NCBI GenBank assembly: GCA_963668695.2
Contig: CAXXLQ010000004.1
Span: forward strand, 576,001 to 640,000
Length of the DNA: 64,000 nt
Reading direction: 5' to 3'
Source: Vicinamibacteria bacterium
GTDB taxonomy: Bacteria; Acidobacteriota; Vicinamibacteria; Marinacidobacterales; Marinacidobacteraceae
In this document: piece after piece, positions 50,424 through 61,342 of the stretch
Numbering within the stretch: the first letter of the stretch is position 1
Layout: each line of letters begins with the position of its first letter
Notes under the pieces: generated by a model
Told to the model about the DNA's origin: nothing
What the model saw: the letters and a program-made list of their open reading frames with translations, nothing else
Database searches by the model: none
Position numbers and translations under genes: made by a program

Positions 50424-51688
50424 TGGACCGACGCGTGTTCGTGTATTCCGGCCGGAGCGATTTCAACGGCTGTGTCGGACGCCTCTGGCTGCGGGTGCGC
50501 GCGAATCGCGGAAGCGCTTCGTTTCAGTACGACCCGGGCTGGCTGCAACCGCCCGCCCGCTTTGCCCTGGATCCCACTCTGGAGCTGGGCGGCGGCGTCT
50601 ATCACACGGAATCCGGAAGGCAGTTGTTCGGCGCCTTCGACGATTCCGCCCCCGACCGCTGGGGACGCATGCTCCTGCGCCGAGCCGAACGGCGGGACGC
50701 ACAAAGGGAAGGACGACTCCCGCGCGCCCTCTCCGAGGGCGATTTTCTGCTCGGGGTGGACGATGAAACGCGCCAGGGAGCCCTGCGGTTTCGGGCAACG
50801 CCGGAAGGCCCCTTCCTCGCTCCTCCGTCCCCCACCCGCGTTCCGCCGCTCATGGAACTGCCCCGTCTGCTCGGCGCCGCCGACCGGGTCGCCGCCGAAT
50901 CGGAAGACGATGACGACCTGCGACTACTCCTCATGCCCGGTGCCTCGCTGGGCGGCGCACGGCCGAAGGCGTCGGTCCGGGACGGCGACAGGCGTCTTGC
51001 GTTCGCGAAATTCCCGAAGACCGATGACGAATGGAACGTCCCGCTTTGGGAAGCGGTCGCGCTCGCGCTGGCCTCGCGCGCGGGAATCACCACTTCGAGC
51101 TGGCGCCTGGAGACCGTGAGCGGCCGCCGCGTGCTGGTCCTCCATCGGTTCGACCGCGAAGGCGGGCGCCGCATCCCGTTCCTCTCCGCCATGACGATGC
51201 TGGGAGCAACCGACCACGAGCCGCGCTCGTATCCCGAAATCGCCGAGGCCATTCGCCGTTTCGGCGCCGCTCCCGCCGCCGACCTGAAGGAACTCTGGCG
51301 GCGCATCGTGTTCACGGTGCTGATCTCGAACCGGGACGATCACCTGCGCAACCACGGATTCCTTCGCCCGGGGGACCGCGGCTGGCGCCTTTCCCCGGCC
51401 TACGACCTGAACCCCACCCCGGCGCATGCTGGCGGCCGGTTTCTCGCCACCGCAATCGTCGCCGGGGACACGCGCGCCTCGCTGGAACTCGCTTTTGAGA
51501 CCGCTCGCTACTACGGGATTACGCCTTCCGCAGCCCCCGAAATCGTTGCGGAAGTCGCCGCGGTGGTCAGCGGCTGGCGCAACGAGGCATCCCGGTTCGG
51601 CCTCCGCCGCAGCGAGCAGGAACTCATGGCTTCGGCCTTCGAGCACGAGGAGTTCGACCGCGCCCGGCGCTCTCCGACCTCGCTTTGA
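50423..51688 (+). CDS. HipA-family kinase toxin
   Basis: DSAPDRWGR, SLGGARPK, RFDR, NRDDHLRNHGF, LSPAYD. Confidence 0.9.
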   Translation: MDRRVFVYSGRSDFNGCVGRLWLRVRANRGSASFQYDPGWLQPPARFALDPTLELGGGVYHTESGRQLFGAFDDSAPDRWGRMLLRRAERRDAQREGRLPRALSEGDFLLGVDDETRQGALRFRATPEGPFLAPPSPTRVPPLMELPRLLGAADRVAAESEDDDDLRLLLMPGASLGGARPKASVRDGDRRLAFAKFPKTDDEWNVPLWEAVALALASRAGITTSSWRLETVSGRRVLVLHRFDREGGRRIPFLSAMTMLGATDHEPRSYPEIAEAIRRFGAAPAADLKELWRRIVFTVLISNRDDHLRNHGFLRPGDRGWRLSPAYDLNPTPAHAGGRFLATAIVAGDTRASLELAFETARYYGITPSAAPEIVAEVAAVVSGWRNEASRFGLRRSEQELMASAFEHEEFDRARRSPTSL

Positions 51689-52051
51689 CCGGAGTTCGCT
51701 CCGCATGGGCCGCGGCGCTCCGGGATTGACCATGGCTCGCCGGGATTGACCAGAGTTCCCCCCCGGGAAGGACTCCGCCTCGCTGCAAAAAGGGAATTCC
51801 GGTCTCCGGAAGCTGATTCCCACCAGAACGGAAAGCCCCCGGAAGCCGCCCATCTCCCCAGATACCGGCCGGGAGAGCCCGAATGGGGCTCGGCGTTCGG
51901 TTTCGCGGAAGCGCGTTGCATTCGTTCGCTGCTCCCAGCGCGGTGCAGGAAGGATCACTGGAATCCGCAATATTGACCAGAACTCCCGGTCGGTTTGACC
52001 AGAGCTCCACTCCGGTTTGACCATGGCTCCTGCCGAATTGACCATGGCTCC
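51685..52051 (+). repeat. Seven TTGACCA(T/G)RRYTC direct repeats
   Basis: At 51685 (variant), 51726, 51746, 51973, 51995, 52017, 52038. Confidence 0.75.
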
Positions 52052-52093
52052 GCAAAACGGCTGCCAGGCCGCCCGAGGCACGATCGGCGATCT

Positions 52094-52165
52094 TGTCGTG
52101 ATTCGACGACAACACTAGAATGTCTATGAAACACGATATCCTGAGTATGTCGTCGTTCAGCGACA
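52094..52165. promoter_or_regulatory. Three HipB-type operators TGTCG-N8-CGACA, 27-bp period
   Basis: 52094-52111, 52121-52138 (degenerate), 52148-52165; same geometry as E. coli TATCC-N8-GGATA. Confidence 0.7.
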
Positions 52166-52183
52166 TACCGGAGGGATTGATCC

Positions 52184-52450
52184 ATGTTCATTCGTTCCGC
52201 CCGCACCCTCGGGATGCTCCTGCGCGAGCAGCGACGGCGGCGAGGACTGACCCAGGCGCAGCTCGCCCACCGGGCGGGCGTAAGCCGCCAGTGGCTGAGT
52301 AGTCTCGAACGGGGCCGGGAAGGCGCTGAACTCGGCCGCGTGCTCCGGACGCTGGCGAGCGCCGGGATCGTCCTGAAGTTCCAGGAACGCCCGGCGGCCG
52401 GTCTCGACCTGGACGCCATCATCGAGGCCCACCGGTCGGGGGCGGAATGA
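52184..52450 (+). CDS. hipB: HipB-like antitoxin
   Basis: LG..LREQR..GLTQAQLA..AGVSRQW..LERG. Confidence 0.85.
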   Translation: MFIRSARTLGMLLREQRRRRGLTQAQLAHRAGVSRQWLSSLERGREGAELGRVLRTLASAGIVLKFQERPAAGLDLDAIIEAHRSGAE

Positions 52451-53718
52451 CCGAACTCGCGGTGGTCGCGAACCGCCGGCTGCTGGGGACCGTGACGCGC
52501 TCTCCCGGCGGCGACCTTTCCTTCGCCTACGAAGCGGCCTGGCGGCGAGATCCGGACGCCTTCACGCTCTCGCTCTCCATGCCGCTCCGGGCCGAACCGT
52601 TCCCGCGCGCCGCGGTCGAGCCGTGGCTCGCCGGCCTCCTCCCCGAAGACGAGGACGTGCTCCGCGCCTGGGGAGTTCGCTTTCAGGTTTCGCGGCGGAA
52701 CATCTTCGGCCTGCTCGGCGAGGTGGGCGAGGACTGCGCGGGCGCCGTGCAGTTCGTGCGGCCGGAGCGGCTCGACCGGGTGCTCGGCTCCGCCCCGCCG
52801 CCCGTCCAGTGGCTGACGACGGACGAGGTCGGGCGCCGGCTCGCCGACATCCGGTTAGACCCGGCGCTCAGCCGCCGCCCCGAAGACCCCGGACGGTTCT
52901 CCCTGCCGGGCGTCCAGCCGAAGACGGCGCTGCTCTTCGACGAGAGCCGGTGGGGCCTCCCCGCCGGGGCGACCCCGACCACCCACATCCTGAAGCCGGA
53001 AAGCCGGCGATTTCCCGGACTGGTCGAGAACGAGTGTCTCTGTCTGCGGCTCGCGCGCGCCGTTGGCCTCCCGGCCGCGACGAGCCGGATGGAGCGTTTC
53101 GGGGATCAGCTCGCGCTGGTGGTAACCCGCTACGACCGCCACAAAGTCGGATCCGATTGGGTCCGCCTCCATCAGGAGGACTTCTGCCAGGCCCTCGGAC
53201 TGTCACCGGAGCGGAAATACGAAAACGAAGGCGGCCCGACGGTGCGCGCGATGGTGGACCTCCTCCGCGCGGAGTCAACGAGGCCCGACGAGGATGTCCG
53301 CAACCTGACGCGCGCGGTGATGTTGAACTGGATACTCGGCGGCACCGATTCCCACGCGAAGAACTTCTCGCTGCTGATCGGCCGCGCCGGGCAGGCCCGG
53401 CTGGCGCCGCTCTACGACATCGCGAGTTTCCTTCCCTATGCAGAGGATCCACGGAGGCTCAAACTCTCGAACCGGATCGGCGGGAAGTACCGCGTCTACG
53501 GCATCGGCCGCCGCCAGTGGGAGCGCTTCCGCACCGAGAACGATCTTCCGTGGGACCCGATGTCGACGTGCCGCGAGCTGACGGGCCGCGTCCTGGACAC
53601 TCTGCCCACCGTGGTCTCCAAGGCCCAGAACGGCCCGGGTGACCGCCGGGTAGTCGAGAAACTCGCCGAGCGGTTGACGAACCGCGCCGAAGCCGCCCTC
53701 GTCCAGCTCCGGGATTGA
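52447..53718 (+). CDS. hipA: HipA kinase toxin
   Basis: LSLSMP, GLLPE, DCAGAVQ, SLPGVQPK, THILKP, HQEDFCQ, DSHAKNFS, LAPLYD. Confidence 0.93.
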   Translation: MTELAVVANRRLLGTVTRSPGGDLSFAYEAAWRRDPDAFTLSLSMPLRAEPFPRAAVEPWLAGLLPEDEDVLRAWGVRFQVSRRNIFGLLGEVGEDCAGAVQFVRPERLDRVLGSAPPPVQWLTTDEVGRRLADIRLDPALSRRPEDPGRFSLPGVQPKTALLFDESRWGLPAGATPTTHILKPESRRFPGLVENECLCLRLARAVGLPAATSRMERFGDQLALVVTRYDRHKVGSDWVRLHQEDFCQALGLSPERKYENEGGPTVRAMVDLLRAESTRPDEDVRNLTRAVMLNWILGGTDSHAKNFSLLIGRAGQARLAPLYDIASFLPYAEDPRRLKLSNRIGGKYRVYGIGRRQWERFRTENDLPWDPMSTCRELTGRVLDTLPTVVSKAQNGPGDRRVVEKLAERLTNRAEAALVQLRD

Positions 53719-54173
53719 CAAGGAGAGTTGCCAAGAAGCCTGACGACGCCCGATACCAGGGACCGTGGAGCCGCGCGCGGCTGGCGAATATCGGGGCATG
53801 ATTCCGTGCGGATCGAGGCATGATGCGGCACCGATCGACCCGTGATCCGCCTCGATATCGCGGCATGATCGGATCGCGGCATCATCCGCTGACTATGCGA
53901 TTGCGCTACTGAGCAAGTTTGCTCAATAGCGTAATCAGCTCTCGGGCCAGTACGAAGACGCCAGGTAAACCAGACTCGTCGAGCGCCCCGCGGAACCCCC
54001 GCGATTCCGCGCAAGACGCCCGTCACGCGATGAGGCCCGCGGCCGCCGCGCGAGATCGCTACGGCACCCGCCACCAGGGGGCGCCCAGGACTCCGGGAGC
54101 GATCCAACGAATTTCCTCCCCGGAGTGCGGACGTAGCCGTCGAACCACCGCCAGCATCCCGCATCGGTCTTAA

Positions 54174-54389
54174 CAGCCTGTGGCAAAACCCACACGGCGT
54201 TCGACCGGCGATCCATCCCGGCTGAACCGCGTCGCTGCGCGCCGCTCATCGTTGCGTTTCGGTCGAAATACACCCGGGCCAGTTCTCCCGGTGGGGGCTC
54301 CTCCCTCACGCGCCTTGTCAGCCGGGCGCCTCGCCGGCCAGTTCTCCCGGTGGGGGCCTCGGCGCTCACGTGGGTTTCACCACAGGCTG
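54174..54389 (+). mobile_element. MITE family 1, copy I
   Basis: TIRs; flanks TTAA/TTAC. Confidence 0.9.
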
Positions 54390-54395
54390 TTACGA

Positions 54396-54558
54396 GTCAG
54401 CGCCGGGACCGCGAAGCCGCCCCGCGACTTCGGACCAGATTGGGCGTCACCCCGCCGAGCTCCGGTTCGATCCTTCGCTCAGCCACTGCCCCGAAGATCC
54501 CGGGCGGTTTTCGCTACCCGGCGTCCAGCCGAAGACGGCGCTGCTCTTCGGGAACGGG
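54396..54558 (+). pseudogene. Diverged internal fragment of hipA
   Basis: PEDPGRFSLPGVQPKTALLF matches HipA encoded at ~52879-52938. Confidence 0.8.
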
Positions 54559-54562
54559 CCCG

Positions 54563-54892
54563 TCATCCCCGCGGCGACTCCGCGAACCCGGCCGGAATAT
54601 CCCGCGCCCCGTGCAGCACGCGCCAGACGGCGATGCTCGACTCCTGCTCGGCGTAGAAGATCAGATGCGGGAAGTCCGGGATCCGTCGAAAGCGCAGGCC
54701 GGGCAGCCCCAGTTCGTCGGCGTAACGGGGGGATCCGCTGAGAGGGTGTTCCCCGATGCTGCGGAGGGACTCCTCCACGGCCGCGATGAAATCGAAGGCC
54801 GCGGCAGCACCTCCCTCCATCAGGTAGTGGTCAACCGCCTCTTCGACATCCCGGCTCGCCCGCTCCCGCAGAACGACCGGCTTGCCCGTCAA
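54563..54892 (-). CDS. ParE/RelE-family toxin
   Basis: A..DV..AVDHY, HPLSGSPRY, FPHLIFY, WRVLHGARD. Confidence 0.88.
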   Translation of the reverse strand: MTGKPVVLRERASRDVEEAVDHYLMEGGAAAAFDFIAAVEESLRSIGEHPLSGSPRYADELGLPGLRFRRIPDFPHLIFYAEQESSIAVWRVLHGARDIPAGFAESPRG

Positions 54893-55128
54893 CGCGGCCC
54901 GGATGCGCGAACCCGGGCCCGAAGCCGCGCGAAGTACTCGGCATCGGCAGCGGCCGCCTCGGGCGAGGCCGCACCTTCAAGAAGCAGATCGCGGAGACGC
55001 TGCCGATCCCGGTCCTTGCGGATCAACTCACGGACGTACTCGCTGGACGAGCCATAGCCGCGCGGGCTGACCTGGCCGTCCACGAAAGCCTTGAGCGACT
55101 CGGGCAGGGAAATGTTCATCGTGGCCAT
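54889..55128 (-). CDS. ParD-like RHH antitoxin
   Basis: TMNISLP..LK.FVD..GYGSSSEYVRELIR. Confidence 0.9.
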   Translation of the reverse strand: MATMNISLPESLKAFVDGQVSPRGYGSSSEYVRELIRKDRDRQRLRDLLLEGAASPEAAAADAEYFARLRARVRASGPR

Positions 55129-55260
55129 GCGGAGAGGCTGGCGTTCTTGGCAAACTTTGTCAAACCGCGGAGAATGTGCGGCGAAGAGCCGCCCCGAGCA
55201 GCATGGATGGGCGCGGCATCCACCCAGCACCGGGGCCGCCGTTTGGCGCCGGATGTCTGG

Positions 55261-55416
55261 ATGCCGGTCCCCACCGGGAGAAACACCCATGATCGGGTCC
55301 GCCTGTTCACCCCGCCCGCATGAAAAGGTGGTGCGGCACTCACGTTGGCAGGGCCCGGCGTCATCGGCACAGGTTTCGCGCTCCCGCGCGATGCCGACCG
55401 GAGGTCGGCGTTCCCG
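55261..55416 (+). repeat. Repeat family 2, copy 3
   Basis: CCCCACCGGGAGAAAC..TTTCGCGCTCCCGCGCGATG plus REP palindrome. Confidence 0.75.
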
Positions 55417-55554
55417 TGCCTGCACGACACCCTTTCCCCGGGGATATGTGCCGAGACCTGCACCATCCTGGAAGTGAGCGACATGCAGGTTTCGACCGCC
55501 TCTCGGCGGTCGATGCCGGTCTGAAGGCCCCTACCGGGAGAACCGGCCAGCGCT

Positions 55555-55608
55555 CCCTGGATCCCCTGGATCCCCTTGATCCCCTTGATCCCCTGGATCC
55601 CCTGGATC
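55555..55608. repeat. Six 9-bp tandem repeats CCCT(G/T)GATC
   Basis: Directly visible downstream of the katG stop. Confidence 0.9.
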
Positions 55609-55614
55609 GGGTCG

Positions 55615-57804
<2,190 letters not shown>

Positions 57805-57985
57805 TCACGCTCGCTAGAAGGAGCGGTCCCTCGATCCACGGGAGGGACGGCAGCGAACGGATCGCGTGGAAACGGTCGGTGATCCTATCAATTGCGCGCC
57901 AGTCAGGCACCGAATCCACGAACGCGCGCCAAGTACGCTCTCCGGGCCGTGGGGCTTCCGACGTCCCTGCCGATTGGAGAAGAGC

Positions 57986-59554
57986 ATGAGACACCTCCCG
58001 AGCCAAGCCCTGATCGCCGGAAGCTGCGGGCTATTCGTCGCCGTCGGCGCGGCGGCCCAGACGCCCTATCCCGTGGACCGGGAGATGGTGGCGAAGATCC
58101 GCGAGGAGGGGCTCCACCGGTCCCAGCTTCCGGACACCCTCTCCTACCTGACCGATGTGCTCGGGGGCCGGCTCACCAACTCGGCGGCGATGGACCGGGC
58201 GCAGCGGTGGGCGCTCGAGGAGATGGCCGAGATCGGCCTTGAGAACACGGTCCGCGAGCCCTTCATGAACTACGGGGCGGGCTGGGACAACGAGTACTTC
58301 TCCCTGCACATGACGGCGCCGGTGTACCAGACGCTCGTGGGCTATCCCATCGCCCACACCCCGGGAGCGGACGGACGGCAGGCGCTGGAGGTCGTCATCG
58401 CGGACGTGCGGTCCCGGAACGACCTCGAAGCCCTGCGGGGCAAACTCCGGGGAATGGCGGTCCTCTCGACGCCGCCGGCGACGGTGGACCGAACCCGTTT
58501 CGCTACCGGAACCCCGCCGCGGACCGACGACGAGATGCGCCAGCTCGCCGAGAACGTGCTACCCAGGTTGGCCCAGGATCCCCTCTTCAGCAGCGAGTAC
58601 GCCGACCTTCCGCCCCATCCGGACGCCCTGACCCCGGTCGAACGTCTCGAGTTCTACATTGAAGAGGGCGCAGCCGCAGTGCTCGAGTCCCACAGCGGCT
58701 GGCCGGGCGCCGTGCGGGGGTTCGCCCGCCCGGGCGCCAAGGTGGACAGGTGGGACCGCGACGCGACCCTCGCTTCGCTGCCGATCATCGCGATCACCCC
58801 GGAGCACTACAACCGGATGTACCGCATCCGGCGGCGCGGCCTGCCGGTGACCATCGACCTCGAAGTCCGCAATCGGCACGGAGAGGAAGCGAGCGAGGCG
58901 AGCAACGTCCTGGGAGAGATCCCGGGGTCGGACCGCGCGGACGAAATCGTCATGCTCGGCGCCCATCTCGACAGTTGGCACGCGAGTCCGAACGCGAGCG
59001 ACAACACCTCGGGGGTGGCGGTCATGCTGGAGGCGATGCGCATCCTGAAGGCGGTCGGCGCTCAGCCGCGCCGGACGATCCGAATCGCGCTCTGGTCAGG
59101 CGAGGAACAGGGCATTTTCGGGTCGCGGGCCTACGTGAAGAAGCATTTCGGCGATCCCGGCGATCCGGAGGTGGGGACGAAACCCGACTACGACAACTTC
59201 TCCGTGTACTTCAATCAGGACTACGGCCCCGGCCGCTACCGGGGCGTCTGGCTCCAGGAGAACGAGCACGTGCGACCGATCTTCGAGGCCTGGATGGCCC
59301 CGTTCCACGACTTCGGGATGACCACCCTGGCCCCGGGAAGCGTGGGGAGCACCGACCACGTGCCGTTCGACGACGCGGGGCTGCCAGGTTTCCAGTTCCT
59401 GCAGGCGCGGGTGGGCGGCACCGGGGGCCACACGAACCTCGACTTCTACGACACCCTGCCGATCGACGACCTGAAGAAGAACGCCGTGGTGGTAGCGGCG
59501 TTCGTGTACCACGCGGCGATCGCGGACGAGAAGCTGCCGCGAAAGGGGCGATAG
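57986..59554 (+). CDS. Secreted M28-family metallopeptidase
   Basis: GAHLDSWH, SDN..G, SGEEQG, STDH..F. Confidence 0.88.
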   Translation: MRHLPSQALIAGSCGLFVAVGAAAQTPYPVDREMVAKIREEGLHRSQLPDTLSYLTDVLGGRLTNSAAMDRAQRWALEEMAEIGLENTVREPFMNYGAGWDNEYFSLHMTAPVYQTLVGYPIAHTPGADGRQALEVVIADVRSRNDLEALRGKLRGMAVLSTPPATVDRTRFATGTPPRTDDEMRQLAENVLPRLAQDPLFSSEYADLPPHPDALTPVERLEFYIEEGAAAVLESHSGWPGAVRGFARPGAKVDRWDRDATLASLPIIAITPEHYNRMYRIRRRGLPVTIDLEVRNRHGEEASEASNVLGEIPGSDRADEIVMLGAHLDSWHASPNASDNTSGVAVMLEAMRILKAVGAQPRRTIRIALWSGEEQGIFGSRAYVKKHFGDPGDPEVGTKPDYDNFSVYFNQDYGPGRYRGVWLQENEHVRPIFEAWMAPFHDFGMTTLAPGSVGSTDHVPFDDAGLPGFQFLQARVGGTGGHTNLDFYDTLPIDDLKKNAVVVAAFVYHAAIADEKLPRKGR

Positions 59555-59738
59555 TGGTTCGGGCTATCCAGGCAGATTGGTTCCGGCGGTGCTGCGGCCG
59601 GGGGTGAACTCGCCGTCCCCGCATACGTCCGGGCCGTAATCGAGAGTAGCCGGGTGGGTCTCGCGGCCTTCGGCCGCGATGCCGGTCAGAGACCGGCCCA
59701 GTTCTCCCGGTGGGGGTTCCGCTGTCGCGCGCCCTTAA

Positions 59739-59852
59739 CAGCCTGTGGTGAAGCCCCGGCGGCGTTCGAGCGGCGATGCATCCCGGCTGAACCGCCCCCC
59801 CACCGGGAGAACTGGCCGCTCTCGGCGCTCACCCGGGTTCCACCACCGGCTG
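59739..59852 (+). mobile_element. MITE family 1, internally deleted copy J (114 bp)
   Basis: TTAA/TTAA flanks; core lost between two forward 18-mers. Confidence 0.85.
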
Positions 59853-59911
59853 TTAACGCAGATCAGCAGCAGGCGGACCTCCCGCTGTTGCGCGCCTTCA
59901 GGCCGGCGGGC

Positions 59912-61189
59912 TCAGACCTCTCCCTCCCGGCGGTAGGCGTCGGCGAGCAGTTCCACCGGATGGGCGACCTCGGCGTCCAGTCCCGCGCGGCGGACGCCTT
60001 CGGCGAGCTGGAGCTGACAGCCGATGTTCCCGGTGGCGATGAGGTCGGGGCGCGCCGGAGCGATGTTCGCCATCTTGCGGTCGAGGACCGCCATCGAGGT
60101 GTCGTGCCGGGTCACGTTGTAGATCCCGGCGGAACCGCAGCACCGTTCGGGGTCCCGGACCGTCACGAGTTCCACGCCGGGCAGGCTGCGGAGGATCCCG
60201 AGCGGCTCCTCCCGGACCTTCTGGGCGTGGAACAGGTGGCAGGGGGCGTCGTACACGACCCGGAGAGGGTTAGCCCGCGGCCCGACGCCAGGTGGTTCGA
60301 AGCCGTTTTGCGCGAGGAAAGCCGAAACATCGGTGACCCGTTCCGAAAAATCCTCACCGCGCTCTTTGTTTCCGAGCAGCTCGCCGTACTCGGATAGCGC
60401 CGCGCCGCACCCGGCGGCAGTCGTCACCACCGGCAAATCGTCCGGAAACGCGCTCATGTTTCGCCGAGCCAGCGGGCGCGCCAGATCCGGAAGCCCGGCG
60501 TGAATATGGAGCGCCCCACAACACCCCTGCCCCTCCGGAACCACCACTTCCCAGCCGTTCCTCGAGAGCGCCTCCAGCGCCGCCCGGCTCGTCTCCGGAC
60601 GAAGGTGCGGCGCGACGCATCCCAGGAAAAGGGCCACTGTCCCGCGTGTGTCCCCCATCGAAGGGGTCCGCCGCGGCAGACGATCCCGGGCTGGAACATC
60701 CGGCAGCAGCCGCTCGCGCGCCGCGAGCTTCGGGAGCACCCGAGCCAGCATCGGACGGACAAGGCGGCGAAGACCGAGCCTCCCCGCCAGGCGCAACAGC
60801 GACATCGCCGCTTTCAACACCGCGGGCCGGCCCACCACCATCCCGAGCGCAAACCGTTTCAACACCCGCACCCGGAGCGGTTCGACCCGCTCCTCGCTGA
60901 GCAAGCCGCGCACTCCCTCGACGATGGCGCCGACTTCCACCCCCGCCGGACAGACGGTCTCGCAGCCGCGGCAGGCCAGACACTCGTAGAGGTCTTCCGC
61001 CAGACCGTCGCTCGCCGGAAGCCGCCCCTCGAGCAAAGCGCGGGCGTTGAATACCTGCCCACGGGGCGCGAGGGATTCGCGCGGAGCGTTCTCGTAGGCC
61101 GGGCAGGCCGGGAGGCAGAGACCGCAGTGGACGCAAGCGAGCGTCTTCTCGTAGATCCGGAGAGCCTCGCCACCAGTCGGTTGGATCAC
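59912..61189 (-). CDS. glcF: Glycolate oxidase iron-sulfur subunit
   Basis: CVHCGLCLPACP, CLACRGCETVCP, two CCG domains. Confidence 0.88.
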   Translation of the reverse strand: MIQPTGGEALRIYEKTLACVHCGLCLPACPAYENAPRESLAPRGQVFNARALLEGRLPASDGLAEDLYECLACRGCETVCPAGVEVGAIVEGVRGLLSEERVEPLRVRVLKRFALGMVVGRPAVLKAAMSLLRLAGRLGLRRLVRPMLARVLPKLAARERLLPDVPARDRLPRRTPSMGDTRGTVALFLGCVAPHLRPETSRAALEALSRNGWEVVVPEGQGCCGALHIHAGLPDLARPLARRNMSAFPDDLPVVTTAAGCGAALSEYGELLGNKERGEDFSERVTDVSAFLAQNGFEPPGVGPRANPLRVVYDAPCHLFHAQKVREEPLGILRSLPGVELVTVRDPERCCGSAGIYNVTRHDTSMAVLDRKMANIAPARPDLIATGNIGCQLQLAEGVRRAGLDAEVAHPVELLADAYRREGEV

Positions 61190-61342
61190 GGGGCGAATCT
61201 AACAGCCCGTGGAAAGAGCACCCCGCACGGTTTCCGACGACACCCCAACCGAATCGGACTGGTTCTGCGCGTGCGGGGCGCTCTTCCCACCGGGTGATGG
61301 CGGGAATGCTCAGCGATTCCCGCCATCGTTTCTCGCAGGGAG

